This document shows positions 41,408 to 41,494 of a stretch of DNA of 41,494 bases, piece by piece. The position numbers and the translations under genes are program-made. Each line of letters opens with the position of its first letter. The first letter of the stretch is position 1. The stretch lies in the IMG/VR virus record IMGVR_UViG_3300045988_005695; one strand, given 5' to 3'. The stretch is from a virus. Under the pieces are notes generated by a model. The model was not told the DNA's origin. It saw nothing but the letters and a program-made list of their open reading frames with translations, and searched no databases.

Positions 41408-41494
41408 AAGTACTCGAATTGTTTGCAGGGACGCGAAGCATCGGGAAAGCATTTGAGGCACGAGGGCACGAAGTGTACTCAGTGGAGTGGGACA
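41404..41494 (+). CDS. 5' part of the MTase gene repeated by the circular overlap (same gene as 9-719)
   Basis: Identical to 9-99. Confidence 0.9.
   Translation, partial: MKVLELFAGTRSIGKAFEARGHEVYSVEWD

Larger units (their letters stand above)
1..41494. mobile_element. Complete temperate siphovirus-type phage genome, circularly closed contig (unique length about 41395 bp)
   Basis: Full set of phage modules is present: terminase, portal, capsid, tape measure, lysis, integrase, repressor and replication. The two ends overlap by 99 identical nt. Gene order is continuous across the junction. Confidence 0.85.

Overview
The window is one complete, circularly closed genome of about 41.4 kb from a temperate siphovirus-type phage or prophage. 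The first 99 nt are identical to the last 99 nt, so the contig is circularly permuted. The replication module at the right end continues into the methyltransferase and early genes at the left end.

Gene order on the + strand:
- Early, DNA-metabolism and anti-restriction genes (9-7451): C5 DNA methyltransferase, PAPS-reductase-like protein, ASCH, Lar-like, ThyX-like, RuvC-like, a dNTP pyrophosphohydrolase domain, and a late activator.
- Packaging, head and tail morphogenesis (7647-26821): TerS, TerL, portal, MuF-like protein, scaffold, major capsid, connectors, major tail protein, chaperones, tape measure, and several tail-tip or fibre proteins.
- Lysis cassette (26853-28685).
- An eight-gene accessory island with no recognisable phage function (28699-32215).
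- attP, which carries the 3' end of a tRNA (about 32220-32450).

The lysogeny module follows, mostly on the - strand (32461-36483): tyrosine integrase, a membrane-anchored XRE regulator, membrane proteins and a CI-like repressor. Next comes a switch region with predicted face-to-face promoters and a roughly 500-nt non-coding leader. The early rightward operon comes last (37082-41407): Cro-like and Xis-like proteins, a Sak4-like ATPase, a PD-(D/E)XK nuclease, a DUF669 SSB and a replisome organiser.

I found no rRNA, no complete tRNA, no CRISPR array and no reverse transcriptase.

The most unusual content:
- the post-lysis accessory island, with Q-rich, Gly/Cys-rich and TNF/BclA-C-like proteins plus a sigma-region-4-like regulator;
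- a methyltransferase cassette bracketed by roughly 60-bp direct repeats;
- a mosaic tail fibre with an AT-rich Asp-box module followed by a truncated paralogue;
- the convergent-promoter switch.

All family assignments come from motif recognition by eye. No searches were run.
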